In this document: positions 39,714-49,692 of the stretch, one piece after another
Numbering within the stretch: position 1 is the first letter of the stretch
Layout: each line of letters begins with the position of its first letter
Assembly (NCBI GenBank): GCA_964345775.1
Contig: CAYFSO010000001.1
Span: 11,488 to 75,487 of the forward strand
DNA length: 64,000 nt
DNA from: an uncultured Leptospiraceae bacterium
GTDB taxonomy: Bacteria; Spirochaetota; UBA4802; UB4802
Direction: 5' to 3'
Position numbers and translations under genes: made by a program
Notes under the pieces: model-generated
Seen by the model: only the letters and a program-made list of their open reading frames with translations
Told to the model about the DNA's origin: nothing
Databases searched by the model: none

Positions 39714-40574
39714 CTAAACACCATCATCCACCATGCACCAGCTGTTACGCAACACGTCCTTACCCTCGTTATTGACAGCGTTTATGCCGTAACGTGTTCC
39801 CTCACCGGTTTTCTCTACCTGGAAGCCCTCGAAGCTTATGGTTTGTCCCGGTATAACCGGCCTTGCAAAACGGACTTTCAGGGCACGTAATCTCATGGGG
39901 TCACGATCATCCCCGCAGAGGTTATCCACAGCCGCCTTATGGGTAAATGCCATTGTACACAAACCCTGTAATATTATCCCGGGTAAGCCAACCTTTTTTG
40001 CAAATTCATCATCAACATGTATTGGGTTATGATCTCCCGATGGTTCTGCGTAAATGAAACTTTGCCCGTTCCTTACCTGCATGCTGTCCTTCCAGAGGAC
40101 ATTCGTCTTCTCAATGGTTTCTTCTTTGTGATCATCCGGTTTCCCTGAACCGGCACTTCGGTCATAGAATTCCCATTTTGATCTTACCACTTCCTCACCA
40201 TCCTGGTTACTACTGGTAGTTTCCCAGCCGAGGATCCCCCCTCTTTCACGGACATGGATATGACGTATAGTTCCTTCGGTGGTTATCACGTCATCCGGCC
40301 GTACCGGCTTTAGCCAGTGAAATTCCTGCGAGTAATGCACCACCATCATCATGTTCATACCAATCTCTTCGTCAAACATTATCCGGGCCGTGGGACCCGC
40401 AGCATAATGAACCGCGTACATGGGAGGAACTATGATACCCCCCTGCCTCCTGTTATCATAAAACGCATTATTATCCTCGTTATACGCCAGGGCATAATAG
40501 ATACTTTCGTGCCTGGATATCGTTACAGGTGAAGAGGTGTACGTTTTACCGATGACGTTCTCATTGAGCGGCAT
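39714..40574 (-). CDS. MaoC-family double hot-dog (R)-specific enoyl-CoA hydratase (hydratase-2-like).
   Basis: Two hot-dog halves. The C-terminal half carries the MaoC motif region PIHVDDEFAKKVGLPGIILQGLCTMA. A GGAGGA RBS is present. Confidence 0.75.
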   Translation of the reverse strand: MPLNENVIGKTYTSSPVTISRHESIYYALAYNEDNNAFYDNRRQGGIIVPPMYAVHYAAGPTARIMFDEEIGMNMMMVVHYSQEFHWLKPVRPDDVITTEGTIRHIHVRERGGILGWETTSSNQDGEEVVRSKWEFYDRSAGSGKPDDHKEETIEKTNVLWKDSMQVRNGQSFIYAEPSGDHNPIHVDDEFAKKVGLPGIILQGLCTMAFTHKAAVDNLCGDDRDPMRLRALKVRFARPVIPGQTISFEGFQVEKTGEGTRYGINAVNNEGKDVLRNSWCMVDDGV

Positions 40575-40666
40575 AGATGTCCTCCGTTATTGTTATTACA
40601 CAATGGCATGGGACACGCAAGAAAAATATGTAATTACATATTTATATATACAATATTACGCAAAAG

Positions 40667-40705
40667 CCGTATTTTATTGTATTATTGTAATACAATAAAA
40701 TACGG
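40667..40705. promoter_or_regulatory. Perfect 18-bp inverted repeat with a 3-nt spacer; candidate operator about 90 bp upstream of the hydratase-SDR-HMGCS/DUF35-thiolase operon.
   Basis: ccgtattttattgtatta-ttg-taatacaataaaatacgg is a perfect palindrome. A second 12-bp palindrome atgtaattacat lies at 40628-40639. Confidence 0.5.
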
Positions 40706-41109
40706 TATAACTACTCATCCCGTGTGTCAATCTTTTTTCATTGGAACAAATGCTTCTTCACTCGCAGCTACCTTCACTCTTCAGTTTTGTGAAGATACAC
40801 TGTATGCGTGGGGAATGGTATTGTTATGTCCGCCAAGTTAAGGGCATTGTATATCTTTTTGGTGGCTTCCAGTTTCTTTATATACTGATTCTCGTATATA
40901 GGCCACACCGAAGTCAACAACCACCCGAATTGCAGGGGCTGGCAAATTGTAGAAATCAGCAACCACAACTTTAATAACATTCCGATTGTCACTGACATCT
41001 GCATTTACGGCGTTTTCAGTCTTTGCACACAATCCAGACGGGAATACAATAGTAACAAACATCAGGGTATATATCAAGACCCCTCATTCCAGTTGTCCTT
41101 TAAAATTAA

Positions 41110-42111
41110 TTATGTAAGCAAAATCTTTCTTCCCACATGTATGGTGGTATATCTGTCACCGAAAGCATTCTTGAACCGCTCAAGTGTCCAGTCAGAACTG
41201 TCGTGCGGGGACAGGGACACAACAGCCGGGTTTTCTTTCCGCAGCATTTCTATGGCGCTGAAAACGTCCTCCTCGTTAAGCCCATTCCATGGAACCCTGT
41301 CAGAACCCACCAGGCGCTGCAGGTTAATGGGGCCAAGCGTGATCCGTCCGCCGTGAACAGGGTAATGCAGACCCCCGATTACCGCGTATATCGGATCATC
41401 AAAAAGCATTTTTGCCCTTTCAACAATACGTTCAATAGCAGGATGCCCGCAACCGATTATCAGCACCAGCCCCCTGCCCTTCAAGCGAACTGCCAGGACA
41501 TGCTCAAGGGTATGCCCCATCAGGTACAAAAAACGGGGCATCGCTCCCATTGAATATACTCCTTTTGTTATTTCAACCGGTTCACTGGCAATGTGCACGT
41601 CCATCCGGTCTGCCTGTACCCGTGTAGATGGTGCCACCTGCTCGGGAGCATACACAGGTACTGATGGTATGGCCACATTACCGGCAGACGGGCTGAAAGT
41701 GCTGTTTTTCTGGTCTTTCATACCCCCCACGTGATCCAGGTGTACATGGCTTATAAAGATGGCATTGAGATCATCCATGGAAGCTCCAAGCCGATCCATG
41801 TTTTGCAGCAATGGAGACGGGTGCGAGGACACTGCATTTAACCCCATGTCCATTAAAATGGTATAATCATCAGCTTTAACCAGGTATGATACACCTGCCT
41901 CTGTTTTAAGGTTTTCATTCTCAGCATAATAGTCGATGAGTGGTAATATTGACAGCTGGCTAACCTGTCCGGGATTTGAAAATTTTTCATGTGATGCAGA
42001 TGCAAGTTCCCCTGCCGCTTTCCTTCTTCCTGCAAGCAGTTTTACAAGGGTTAAAAGAAACAGTAACACTACGATTGCCAGAAATCCTGCAATTATATAA
42101 AGAGCTGTCAT
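41110..42111 (-). CDS. MBL-fold metallo-hydrolase with an N-terminal membrane anchor.
   Basis: N-terminal TM segment. The metallo-beta-lactamase motif is FISHVHLDHVGG. A GGAGG RBS is present. Confidence 0.8.
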   Translation of the reverse strand: MTALYIIAGFLAIVVLLFLLTLVKLLAGRRKAAGELASASHEKFSNPGQVSQLSILPLIDYYAENENLKTEAGVSYLVKADDYTILMDMGLNAVSSHPSPLLQNMDRLGASMDDLNAIFISHVHLDHVGGMKDQKNSTFSPSAGNVAIPSVPVYAPEQVAPSTRVQADRMDVHIASEPVEITKGVYSMGAMPRFLYLMGHTLEHVLAVRLKGRGLVLIIGCGHPAIERIVERAKMLFDDPIYAVIGGLHYPVHGGRITLGPINLQRLVGSDRVPWNGLNEEDVFSAIEMLRKENPAVVSLSPHDSSDWTLERFKNAFGDRYTTIHVGRKILLT

Positions 42112-42321
42112 GCTATACCTCCGTTACCCGTTGCGGGTAATAATTTTTACTACCATTTTAATGCGCATAATTCAATGAATTTTTTAATAATAACAGTTGA
42201 ACAGTAACATTGTTTTTTTGATAAAATATGAAACAATGATAAAATTAGACTTGACTAAGTATGTTTTTATATAGTAGTAACTTTACATACAAGAAAAAAA
42301 GAATAACAATGGTACATTTAC

Positions 42322-43038
42322 ATGGCAAAAGAACCTGTGGACATATCATGTGATACTTCAGAATTTGAAGATTCAGGGCTTACCGCCAACATGGAAGATT
42401 ACATGGAAAATATCGCTCTCCTTGCCAGGGAGAAGAACGTTGTACGCGTGAAGGATATTGCCAAAAACCTTGACATAAAGATGCCCAGTGTCTCCGCCGC
42501 GCTGAACAAGCTTAAAGAAAAAGGACTGATAAACTACGAGAAGTACGGGCATATAGAGCTTACCCGCAAGGGACAGAAGATCGCTGAAAGTATTTACCGG
42601 CGTCATTCATTCCTGGCAGAGTTTTTCCATTCTATTTTGAAACTGGATGAAAAGAAATCCAATGACCAGGCCTGCACAATTGAGCATCATCTTTCACCGG
42701 AGGCCTGTACGCAATTATACAAGTTTATCGAGTTTTACAAGTCAGAGGATAACGCCAACGAGGACTGGACCGAAAGATTGTCCGCCACCCTTCTCGAAAA
42801 GCATCTATCTGAACTCAAGGCGGGGGACAGTGGTGAAATAGTCCGTATCCTGGGAAGCGGCCCTCTCAAGAAAAGGCTGGTTGAAATGGGTTTCCGCAAG
42901 GGTGAGAATATCCGCGTGGTAAAGTATGCCCCGTTGCGGGACCCCATGGAAGTAGCGATAAAGGATTATCTCATCTCCCTGCGGGTAGAAGAAGCACGAT
43001 CAATCATAGTATCCGGAGCCAGTGATCGGGAAGAATAA
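42322..43038 (+). CDS. DtxR/MntR-family metal-dependent transcriptional regulator fused to a C-terminal FeoA domain.
   Basis: N-terminal winged HTH and metal-binding region (EDYMENIALL...SVSAALNKLKEKGLI...RRHSFLAEFF). The C-terminal FeoA/SH3-like domain reads LKAGDSGEIVRILGSGPLKKRLVEMGFRKGENIRVV. The start codon is uncertain. Confidence 0.75.
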   Translation: MAKEPVDISCDTSEFEDSGLTANMEDYMENIALLAREKNVVRVKDIAKNLDIKMPSVSAALNKLKEKGLINYEKYGHIELTRKGQKIAESIYRRHSFLAEFFHSILKLDEKKSNDQACTIEHHLSPEACTQLYKFIEFYKSEDNANEDWTERLSATLLEKHLSELKAGDSGEIVRILGSGPLKKRLVEMGFRKGENIRVVKYAPLRDPMEVAIKDYLISLRVEEARSIIVSGASDREE

Positions 43039-45251
43039 TGTCAAAGAAAGAAATTGTAATAGGACTGGTTGGTAACCCAAACTGCGGGAAGACAACCCTG
43101 TTTAACGCCTTCACCGGGGCCAGGCAAAAGGTGGCAAACTGGGGCGGTGTAACCGTGGAACGCCGGGAAGGGTACTGCAGGCATCGTGGGTATCGCATCC
43201 GCATCATCGATCTGCCCGGGACGTACAGTCTCACGTCCTACACTATTGAAGAACTGATCACCAGGGACTTTATACTGAACGACAGGCCCGATTTTATCAT
43301 CAATGTCATCGACTCGGGCAACCTTGAGCGGAACCTCTATCTCACCTCGCAACTGGTCAACATGGAAGCAAGTGTGATCCTGGCATTGAACATGTTTGAC
43401 GAGGCCAGGGCAAAGGGCCTGGAAATTGATACGGAACAACTTGGACGACTCATGGGCATGCCGGCTATCCCCACCATCGGCACCAGGGGAGAGGGCATCC
43501 AGGAAATACTGGACACCATTATCGATGAATATACAAAACCTGACGAGAGATTGCGTCACATTTCCATACCATTTGGCAGGGATATCGAACACCAACTGGA
43601 CAAGATCCAGAACCTCATGGAAAAATACAGCAGCGGGGGCCTCCCCTATCCATCACGGTGGATGGCAATACGCCTGCTGGAAGGCGACAGTGACGTTGAA
43701 AAGAAATCCGCATCCCTCGACCTTCCCAAAGAGTTCATGGAGGAAGTTAAGAACTCGAGAAAGCATATTGAGAACATTTACCATGATGATATTGAAACTA
43801 TCTTTTCCGATGTGCGATACGGATTTATCAGCGGCGCAGCCAAAGAAGTTGTACGGAAAACCCATATTAAACGCAGGGACCTGACAGAACAGATCGACAG
43901 GGTTATCACAAACAGGTACCTGGGATTTCCCATCCTCTTCCTTTTCATGTGGATCCTCTTCAATATTACCTTTTCACTGGGCGAATACCCCATGCAGCTC
44001 ATTGAATCAGCAGTTTCCTGGCTTGGTTCAAAGGCCCAGCTGGTAATTCCCGAAGGCCCCCTGAAACAACTGCTGATCGAAGGGGTTATTGGCGGGGTTG
44101 GCGGCGTCATCGTATTCCTCCCCAACATCCTTATTCTTTTCCTGGGCATCAGCTTGATGGAAGATACCGGCTACATGGCCAGATCTGCCTTTATTATGGA
44201 CAAGATCATGCACCGCATGGGCCTGCATGGTAAGTCTTTTATTCCGCTGATCATGGGTTTCGGGTGCAACGTACCCGCCATCATGGCCACCAGGACGCTC
44301 GAAAACAAGAAAGACCGCATAGTCACCATTTTGGTCAACCCCTTTATGAGTTGTTCGGCACGTCTTCCCGTATACGTGCTGTTTGCCGGGGTTTTCTTTC
44401 ACCAGCACGCGGGAATGGTAATATTCTCTTTATACCTTATCGGGATCCTGTTGGCATTTCTCTCGGCCAGGATTTTCAACGCTGTTTTTTTCAGGGGAGA
44501 ATCTACGCCATTTGTCATGGAACTGCCACCGTACAGGATGCCTACCCTTAAAACAACCATCATGCACATGTGGGACAGGGCATCGCATTACCTTAGAAAA
44601 ATGGGTGGAGTTATACTCGCTTTTTCCATAATCATATGGGTACTGGGTGAATACCCGAAAGCCCCGGAAGTCACAGCCCATTACCAGCAGCTGGCAAGCG
44701 AAACCCGCCAGGAATACAACAACAAAATTGAGAACCTGGTTCGGCAGGATCGCTATAACGAAGAGGCCGTGGACGGGTTAAAAGAAGACATGCAAAAAGA
44801 GCTGTCTACAATTTCCATGAAGCGGCAGACGGCTGAAACACGTGAAAGCTTTATCGGCAGGTTTGGAGATCTCATCTACCCCCTCATCAGGCCGCTGGGA
44901 TTCAACTGGCAGATGGGAATATCCCTTTCAACAGGGTTTGTCGCCAAGGAAGTAGTGGTCAGCACCATGGGCGTCCTTTACCAGGGAAAAGACCCGTTCG
45001 ACAGTTCGCCCCACGCGGCAGAACCGCTGGAAAAGAGGCTGAAGGAGCCGCGGTTCAATATTACACCGCTGGTTGCCTATACCTTCATGTTATTCGTCCT
45101 TCTCTATACGCCATGCATTGCCACCATAGTGGTGATCGGAAGGGAGATCGGCTGGGGCTGGAGTGTCTTTTCAATATTCTACCAGCTGCTCGTTGCCTGG
45201 TCATTCAGCTTTCTTGTATATAACATGGTACTGCTGCTGGGTTTTGCCTGA
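43038..45251 (+). CDS. feoB: Ferrous iron transport protein B.
   Basis: The G-domain reads IGLVGNPNCGKTTLFNAFTG, and polytopic permease domains follow. Its ATG overlaps the upstream stop as TAATG. Confidence 0.9.
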   Translation: MSKKEIVIGLVGNPNCGKTTLFNAFTGARQKVANWGGVTVERREGYCRHRGYRIRIIDLPGTYSLTSYTIEELITRDFILNDRPDFIINVIDSGNLERNLYLTSQLVNMEASVILALNMFDEARAKGLEIDTEQLGRLMGMPAIPTIGTRGEGIQEILDTIIDEYTKPDERLRHISIPFGRDIEHQLDKIQNLMEKYSSGGLPYPSRWMAIRLLEGDSDVEKKSASLDLPKEFMEEVKNSRKHIENIYHDDIETIFSDVRYGFISGAAKEVVRKTHIKRRDLTEQIDRVITNRYLGFPILFLFMWILFNITFSLGEYPMQLIESAVSWLGSKAQLVIPEGPLKQLLIEGVIGGVGGVIVFLPNILILFLGISLMEDTGYMARSAFIMDKIMHRMGLHGKSFIPLIMGFGCNVPAIMATRTLENKKDRIVTILVNPFMSCSARLPVYVLFAGVFFHQHAGMVIFSLYLIGILLAFLSARIFNAVFFRGESTPFVMELPPYRMPTLKTTIMHMWDRASHYLRKMGGVILAFSIIIWVLGEYPKAPEVTAHYQQLASETRQEYNNKIENLVRQDRYNEEAVDGLKEDMQKELSTISMKRQTAETRESFIGRFGDLIYPLIRPLGFNWQMGISLSTGFVAKEVVVSTMGVLYQGKDPFDSSPHAAEPLEKRLKEPRFNITPLVAYTFMLFVLLYTPCIATIVVIGREIGWGWSVFSIFYQLLVAWSFSFLVYNMVLLLGFA

Positions 45252-45286
45252 CCTGTCTTGACTTTTCTGCTCTTATTGACTACGTT

Positions 45287-46228
45287 TTGATCATATCCCA
45301 TGTTCTCCATGCAGGCGTACATGCCGTTACAGGGAGAATACACAACGTGACACCCCGATATCTATACAGCATCGAGGAAATAGAGAATACATACGCCAAT
45401 GTACGTCACCATATCTCCACGAAGGAGATCATACTGAGACATTCAACAAACACCTCTGATATCAGATGGGTAGCCATTGACGGCCTGGATCTTTCAGAAA
45501 CGAAACACGTGCTCGATCTTGGTTGTGGATACGGCTTTTTCATAGAAGCACTTGAAGGCAGGCTGCATAATGACGCGCTTATAACGGGTATTGACATAAT
45601 CGACAACAGTAACAGGGAAATATTTCTTTTCACCGCCGATTCCATGGGATACGGGGGTGAATTCATCCATGGGAGCGCTGACATTATCAACAGCATGGAT
45701 GAGAACATTTTCGACATGGTTATATCAAGTTATTCACTGTATTTTTTCCCCCACCTCATTCCTGCCATTGCCCGCATCCTGGTACCGGGAGGTGTTTTCA
45801 TCTCGTTAACCCATTCCCGGCACACGCTGAAAGAGGTTGTTCAGATGATCCCGCTATGTCTTTTAGACGCAGGCATTGAACCACCGGAAACCATCAGCAT
45901 TAAGCAGCTGTTTTCAGAATTCTGCCGGGAAAACGGGGAGTCACTACTTGAACCGTACTTTGAGAACATAGAGACCATAGAGTTCATCAACTCTCTTTTA
46001 TTCAGGGATATACAAATTGACGATTGCATATACTACCTGGATAAAAAGAAAAACCTGCTCTTCAAGGAGGTTTTCACCAATTATGTTGACATGGCTCCCC
46101 TGGTGATGGATAACTTCTACTACAGGCTGATAAACGAAGTATCTACTGAAAGAATACTGAGACTGACCAAGGACGATGCCATCTTCAGGGCATTTCATTC
46201 TGTGAAACGCGGGGGAGAACAGGCATGA
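45287..46228 (+). CDS. SAM-dependent methyltransferase-like protein.
   Basis: Motif I is VLDLGCGYGFFIEAL, the post-I motif is ITGIDI, motif II is FDMVISSYSLYFF and motif III is LVPGGVFISL. No in-frame ATG occurs near the 5' end, so the start is a non-ATG codon and uncertain. Confidence 0.55.
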   Translation: MIISHVLHAGVHAVTGRIHNVTPRYLYSIEEIENTYANVRHHISTKEIILRHSTNTSDIRWVAIDGLDLSETKHVLDLGCGYGFFIEALEGRLHNDALITGIDIIDNSNREIFLFTADSMGYGGEFIHGSADIINSMDENIFDMVISSYSLYFFPHLIPAIARILVPGGVFISLTHSRHTLKEVVQMIPLCLLDAGIEPPETISIKQLFSEFCRENGESLLEPYFENIETIEFINSLLFRDIQIDDCIYYLDKKKNLLFKEVFTNYVDMAPLVMDNFYYRLINEVSTERILRLTKDDAIFRAFHSVKRGGEQA

Positions 46229-47235
46229 ACAGGAACCGGGTCTATTGCGCCTACTGCGGGTCCCTGCTTACCAGGAAGATAATTGAAGACAGGGAACGTG
46301 ATTACTGTTCCGAGTGCAACACGGTATTTTATGAAAACCCACTCCCCGTTGCTTCCAGCATTGTCATGAACGAGAAACGGGAGATACTTCTTGTTAAGCG
46401 TAAAAACGACCCCTATCGTGACATGTGGTGTCTCCCCATCGGTTTTGCTGAATCCCACGAGAAACTCCAGGAAGCGGCCCTGAGAGAGCTCAATGAAGAA
46501 GCGGGTATAGAAGGAGAGGTCATACGCCTTATTGACGTGGATACCGTTAATAACTACTACTACGGGAGCCTGGCCATTGTGACATACGAAGTAAAGAGGA
46601 CGGGGGGGACGGTCATGGCAGGAGACGATGCTTCGGACGCGGGGTATTTCCACATTGACGCATTGCCTGATCTTGCCTGGTCTTCCAACGAGAAGGCTGT
46701 TGACGTATTCAAAAAGCTTTATCATGACATGTGGGCCATGATGGAATCTTTTAAAAACCTGTACCCTTCAATTGATTCACCTTATGAAATATCCAACCAT
46801 GAACAGCACCAGGAGGAGCTTCTCTCCAACGTGCTTATATCCATGATCGACTCGGACTTTGCCCTGATAACGGGGGAGTGGCAGGAGGAGATGCAGGCAC
46901 GTTTAGAAATACTTGCACCGTGGTTTGACATTATCACATGGATACATACCGCCACACTCAGGAGCGTTCAACACTGGTTACAGGGGAATTTGAGTACTTC
47001 ACTTTTCAAACAGTTTTCAGCGGCGGGAAAGGCGCTAAAAGACCATGATGTGCCTCTCGAGGAGGTTCTTACCGCCCTGGCATTGAGCAGGAAATCCATA
47101 TGGCAGCATGTTATACGCAGAAGAATTCTTGCATCTCCCCTGGAAATTTATATCTCCCTGGAATTGAATAACAGGATCATTTTCTGTTATGACCGGGTAA
47201 TATATAATCTTACTCGCGGATATAACGCCCTGTAA
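46225..47235 (+). CDS. NUDIX hydrolase with an N-terminal Zn ribbon and a C-terminal helical domain of about 170 aa with unknown function.
   Basis: The Zn ribbon is CAYCGS...CSECN. The NUDIX box is GFAESHEKLQEAALRELNEEAGIEG. The start overlaps the upstream stop as ATGA. Confidence 0.8.
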   Translation: MNRNRVYCAYCGSLLTRKIIEDRERDYCSECNTVFYENPLPVASSIVMNEKREILLVKRKNDPYRDMWCLPIGFAESHEKLQEAALRELNEEAGIEGEVIRLIDVDTVNNYYYGSLAIVTYEVKRTGGTVMAGDDASDAGYFHIDALPDLAWSSNEKAVDVFKKLYHDMWAMMESFKNLYPSIDSPYEISNHEQHQEELLSNVLISMIDSDFALITGEWQEEMQARLEILAPWFDIITWIHTATLRSVQHWLQGNLSTSLFKQFSAAGKALKDHDVPLEEVLTALALSRKSIWQHVIRRRILASPLEIYISLELNNRIIFCYDRVIYNLTRGYNAL

Positions 47236-47237
47236 CA

Positions 47238-47272
47238 GAAAACGCGATGCCTGAAGCATCGCGTTTTCTTTA
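47238..47272. terminator. Bidirectional rho-independent terminator between the convergent NUDIX and EF-G genes.
   Basis: gaaaacgcgatgc-ctgaa-gcatcgcgttttctt. The stem is perfect and about 11 bp long, with an A-run on the left and a T-run on the right. Confidence 0.85.
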
Positions 47273-47308
47273 TACGTTAGTGGAGGTTTATGTAAGTATA
47301 TATGGGCC

Positions 47309-49387
47309 TTACGCGCTTTGCTGCTTCTTCTTTTCTCGAAGCCTTTCAAGTACCTTCGACTGGGTTTCGGAAGGAAGCGGTGCGTACTTAGAAAATTCCA
47401 TTGAATAATTCGCCCGCCCGCTGGTCATACTTCTCAGCTGTGTTGCGTACCCGAACATTTCCATGAGTGGCACGAACCCGTTTACTTTCTGGGCGCCTTT
47501 TCTGAACCTTCTCATTGACTCAACCCGTCCCCGTCTCCTGTTGATATCTCCAATTACGTCCCCGATATAATCATCGGGTGTGTTTATCTCTATCTTCATC
47601 TGGGGCTCAAGCAATACCGGTGTGGCTTTCATGAACGCTTCCTTGAAACACATTGACGCACAGGTTCTAAATGCCATATCTGAAGAGTCAACCGCGTGAA
47701 AACTGCCATCAAGAAGCACTACGCGCACATCAACCACGGGGAAACCCCCAAGTATGCCTTCTTCCATGGACGCTTTCACACCTTTTTCTACTGAAGGTAT
47801 AAATTCGGCAGGTATGGCTCCACCCTTGATATGATCAATAAATTCGAACCCTTTTCCTTCATTGGGTTCAATCCTGAGAACACAATGAGCATACTGTCCT
47901 TTCCCGCCGGTCTGCTTGGAATACTTCACCTCGTTTTGAGCTTCATTGGTAATAGCTTCCCTGTAGGAAACCGAGGGCTCACCCACTTCAACGTCAACAT
48001 TAAATTCATGCTTCAGGCGGTCGACGATAATCTCGAGGTGCAGTTCACCCATACCCGCAATGATGGTTTCACCTGTTTCATCGTCAACACGTACCGTGAA
48101 AGAGGGATCTTCCATTGCCAGTTTTCGAAGGGCAATACCAAGCTTTTCCTCTTCCTTCTTCGAGGTTGGTGATACCTGCAGGTCAATAACCGCGGGTGGC
48201 ACGTAGATGGATTCAAGGGATATGGGATTTTGCATGTCACACAGGGTATCGCCGGTCTTGGTTACCTTCATGCCGATCAGGGCAACGATCTCACCGGGAC
48301 CCGCTGATTCGATCTCTTCCCGTTCCTTGGCCTTTATCTTCATGATACGGCCTATCCTCTCGGTCTTACCCTTCGTGGTATTGTTCACCTGCATCCCGCT
48401 TTCAAGCTTACCCGAGTAGATCCTGATAAAGGTCTGCTGTCCAACGTAAGGATCATGAATAAGCTTAAATGCCAGGGCGGCAAACGGATCATTTGCGGAC
48501 GGGTGCCTGGCATGGGTCTTTTCCGGATTTTCAAGATCTGTTCCGAAAATGGCACCAACATCTACCGGTGATGGCATGTAATCGATCACCGCGTCCAGGA
48601 GCAGCTGTATACCCTTATTCTTGTAAGCGGCCCCGCAAAGCACAGGTGTAATAAGAAGCTTAAGGGTGGCCTCTCTTGCAGCACGCCTGAGAACATCTTC
48701 GGGTACATCCTTCTCTTCAAGGAACAACTCCATGATCTCTTCATCGTAATCTGCAAGTTTCTCAACCAGGAACAGCCTGGCCTCTTCACATTTATCCTTA
48801 TAATCCTCTGGTATCTCCTCCACGGATCGTTCTAAATCCCTGAATATGACTGCCTTTCTGCTGATTATATCAATACAGCCCTGGAAGTCATCCTCTGCAC
48901 CAATGGGAAGATTGAATGGCACCGGGTTGGCATCAAGGTACTTTTCCATCTGCCCAACCACTTCGTAGAAATCTGCGCCAACACGGTCCATCTTGTTCAC
49001 GAACGCAATACGCGGTACATGATACCTGTCCGCCTGGTTCCATACGGTCTCACTCTGGGGCTCAACACCACCCACGGCACAGAAAAGGGCTACCAGGCCG
49101 TCAATAACACGAAGTGATCGTTCAACCTCAACCGTAAAGTCAACGTGCCCGGGTGTATCAATAATATTGATATTATGGTCATCCCAGAAACAGGAAATGG
49201 CTGCAGAGGCGATGGTAATACCCCTTTCCTGTTCCTGTTTCATAAAGTCCATGGTTGCCTGTCCATGATGCACTTCTCCCAGCTTCCTTGTGGTACCGGA
49301 AAAGAAGAGTACTCGCTCGGTAACGGTCGTCTTACCTGCATCGATATGGGCGGCGATCCCGATATTTCGTAATTTCTGTAGTGACAT
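47309..49387 (-). CDS. fusA: Translation elongation factor G. It stands alone, outside any str-operon context, so it may be an EF-G2 paralog.
   Basis: G1 motif AHIDAGKTT. DxxG and NKxD are present. EF-G domains II-V are present ([17 protein letters not shown]...). Length is 692 aa. A GAGGTAA RBS is present. Confidence 0.85.
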   Translation of the reverse strand: MSLQKLRNIGIAAHIDAGKTTVTERVLFFSGTTRKLGEVHHGQATMDFMKQEQERGITIASAAISCFWDDHNINIIDTPGHVDFTVEVERSLRVIDGLVALFCAVGGVEPQSETVWNQADRYHVPRIAFVNKMDRVGADFYEVVGQMEKYLDANPVPFNLPIGAEDDFQGCIDIISRKAVIFRDLERSVEEIPEDYKDKCEEARLFLVEKLADYDEEIMELFLEEKDVPEDVLRRAAREATLKLLITPVLCGAAYKNKGIQLLLDAVIDYMPSPVDVGAIFGTDLENPEKTHARHPSANDPFAALAFKLIHDPYVGQQTFIRIYSGKLESGMQVNNTTKGKTERIGRIMKIKAKEREEIESAGPGEIVALIGMKVTKTGDTLCDMQNPISLESIYVPPAVIDLQVSPTSKKEEEKLGIALRKLAMEDPSFTVRVDDETGETIIAGMGELHLEIIVDRLKHEFNVDVEVGEPSVSYREAITNEAQNEVKYSKQTGGKGQYAHCVLRIEPNEGKGFEFIDHIKGGAIPAEFIPSVEKGVKASMEEGILGGFPVVDVRVVLLDGSFHAVDSSDMAFRTCASMCFKEAFMKATPVLLEPQMKIEINTPDDYIGDVIGDINRRRGRVESMRRFRKGAQKVNGFVPLMEMFGYATQLRSMTSGRANYSMEFSKYAPLPSETQSKVLERLREKKKQQSA

Positions 49388-49562
49388 ATGTATATTACCT
49401 CATTCTTTGAAATTTCTATAGTTCAACTTACACAGCGAACAACACTGCGCTATTGCATGTAGGGATTTTTAATTATAAGAACAACGAGATATGAAGCAGA
49501 AGAGTTACATAGAATAATTTCCCCACGAACTGCGTTTTGTTCGTTATCGTCAGCATGTTGCA

Positions 49563-49594
49563 CTAAAAACAGCCCTTTTGTTAGCAGGGCTGTT
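49563..49594 (-). terminator. Rho-independent terminator on the minus strand downstream of the TPR gene.
   Basis: Read on the minus strand: AACAGCCC-tgctaacaaaa-GGGCTGTT followed by TTTTTAG. Confidence 0.6.
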
Positions 49595-49692
49595 CTACTA
49601 CAATAGCATATAAAACAACTTTCTTTAATAATAGCACATCTTTTGTCAAAATAATGATATTTTTATAAATTTTCCATAAAAAAAGGGATTAT

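Noticed and set aside
40838-41077. A 79-aa minus-strand ORF downstream of the MBL gene with a signal-like N-terminus.
   Set aside because: The start is TTG with no RBS, and the lipobox is non-canonical. That is not enough to call a gene.
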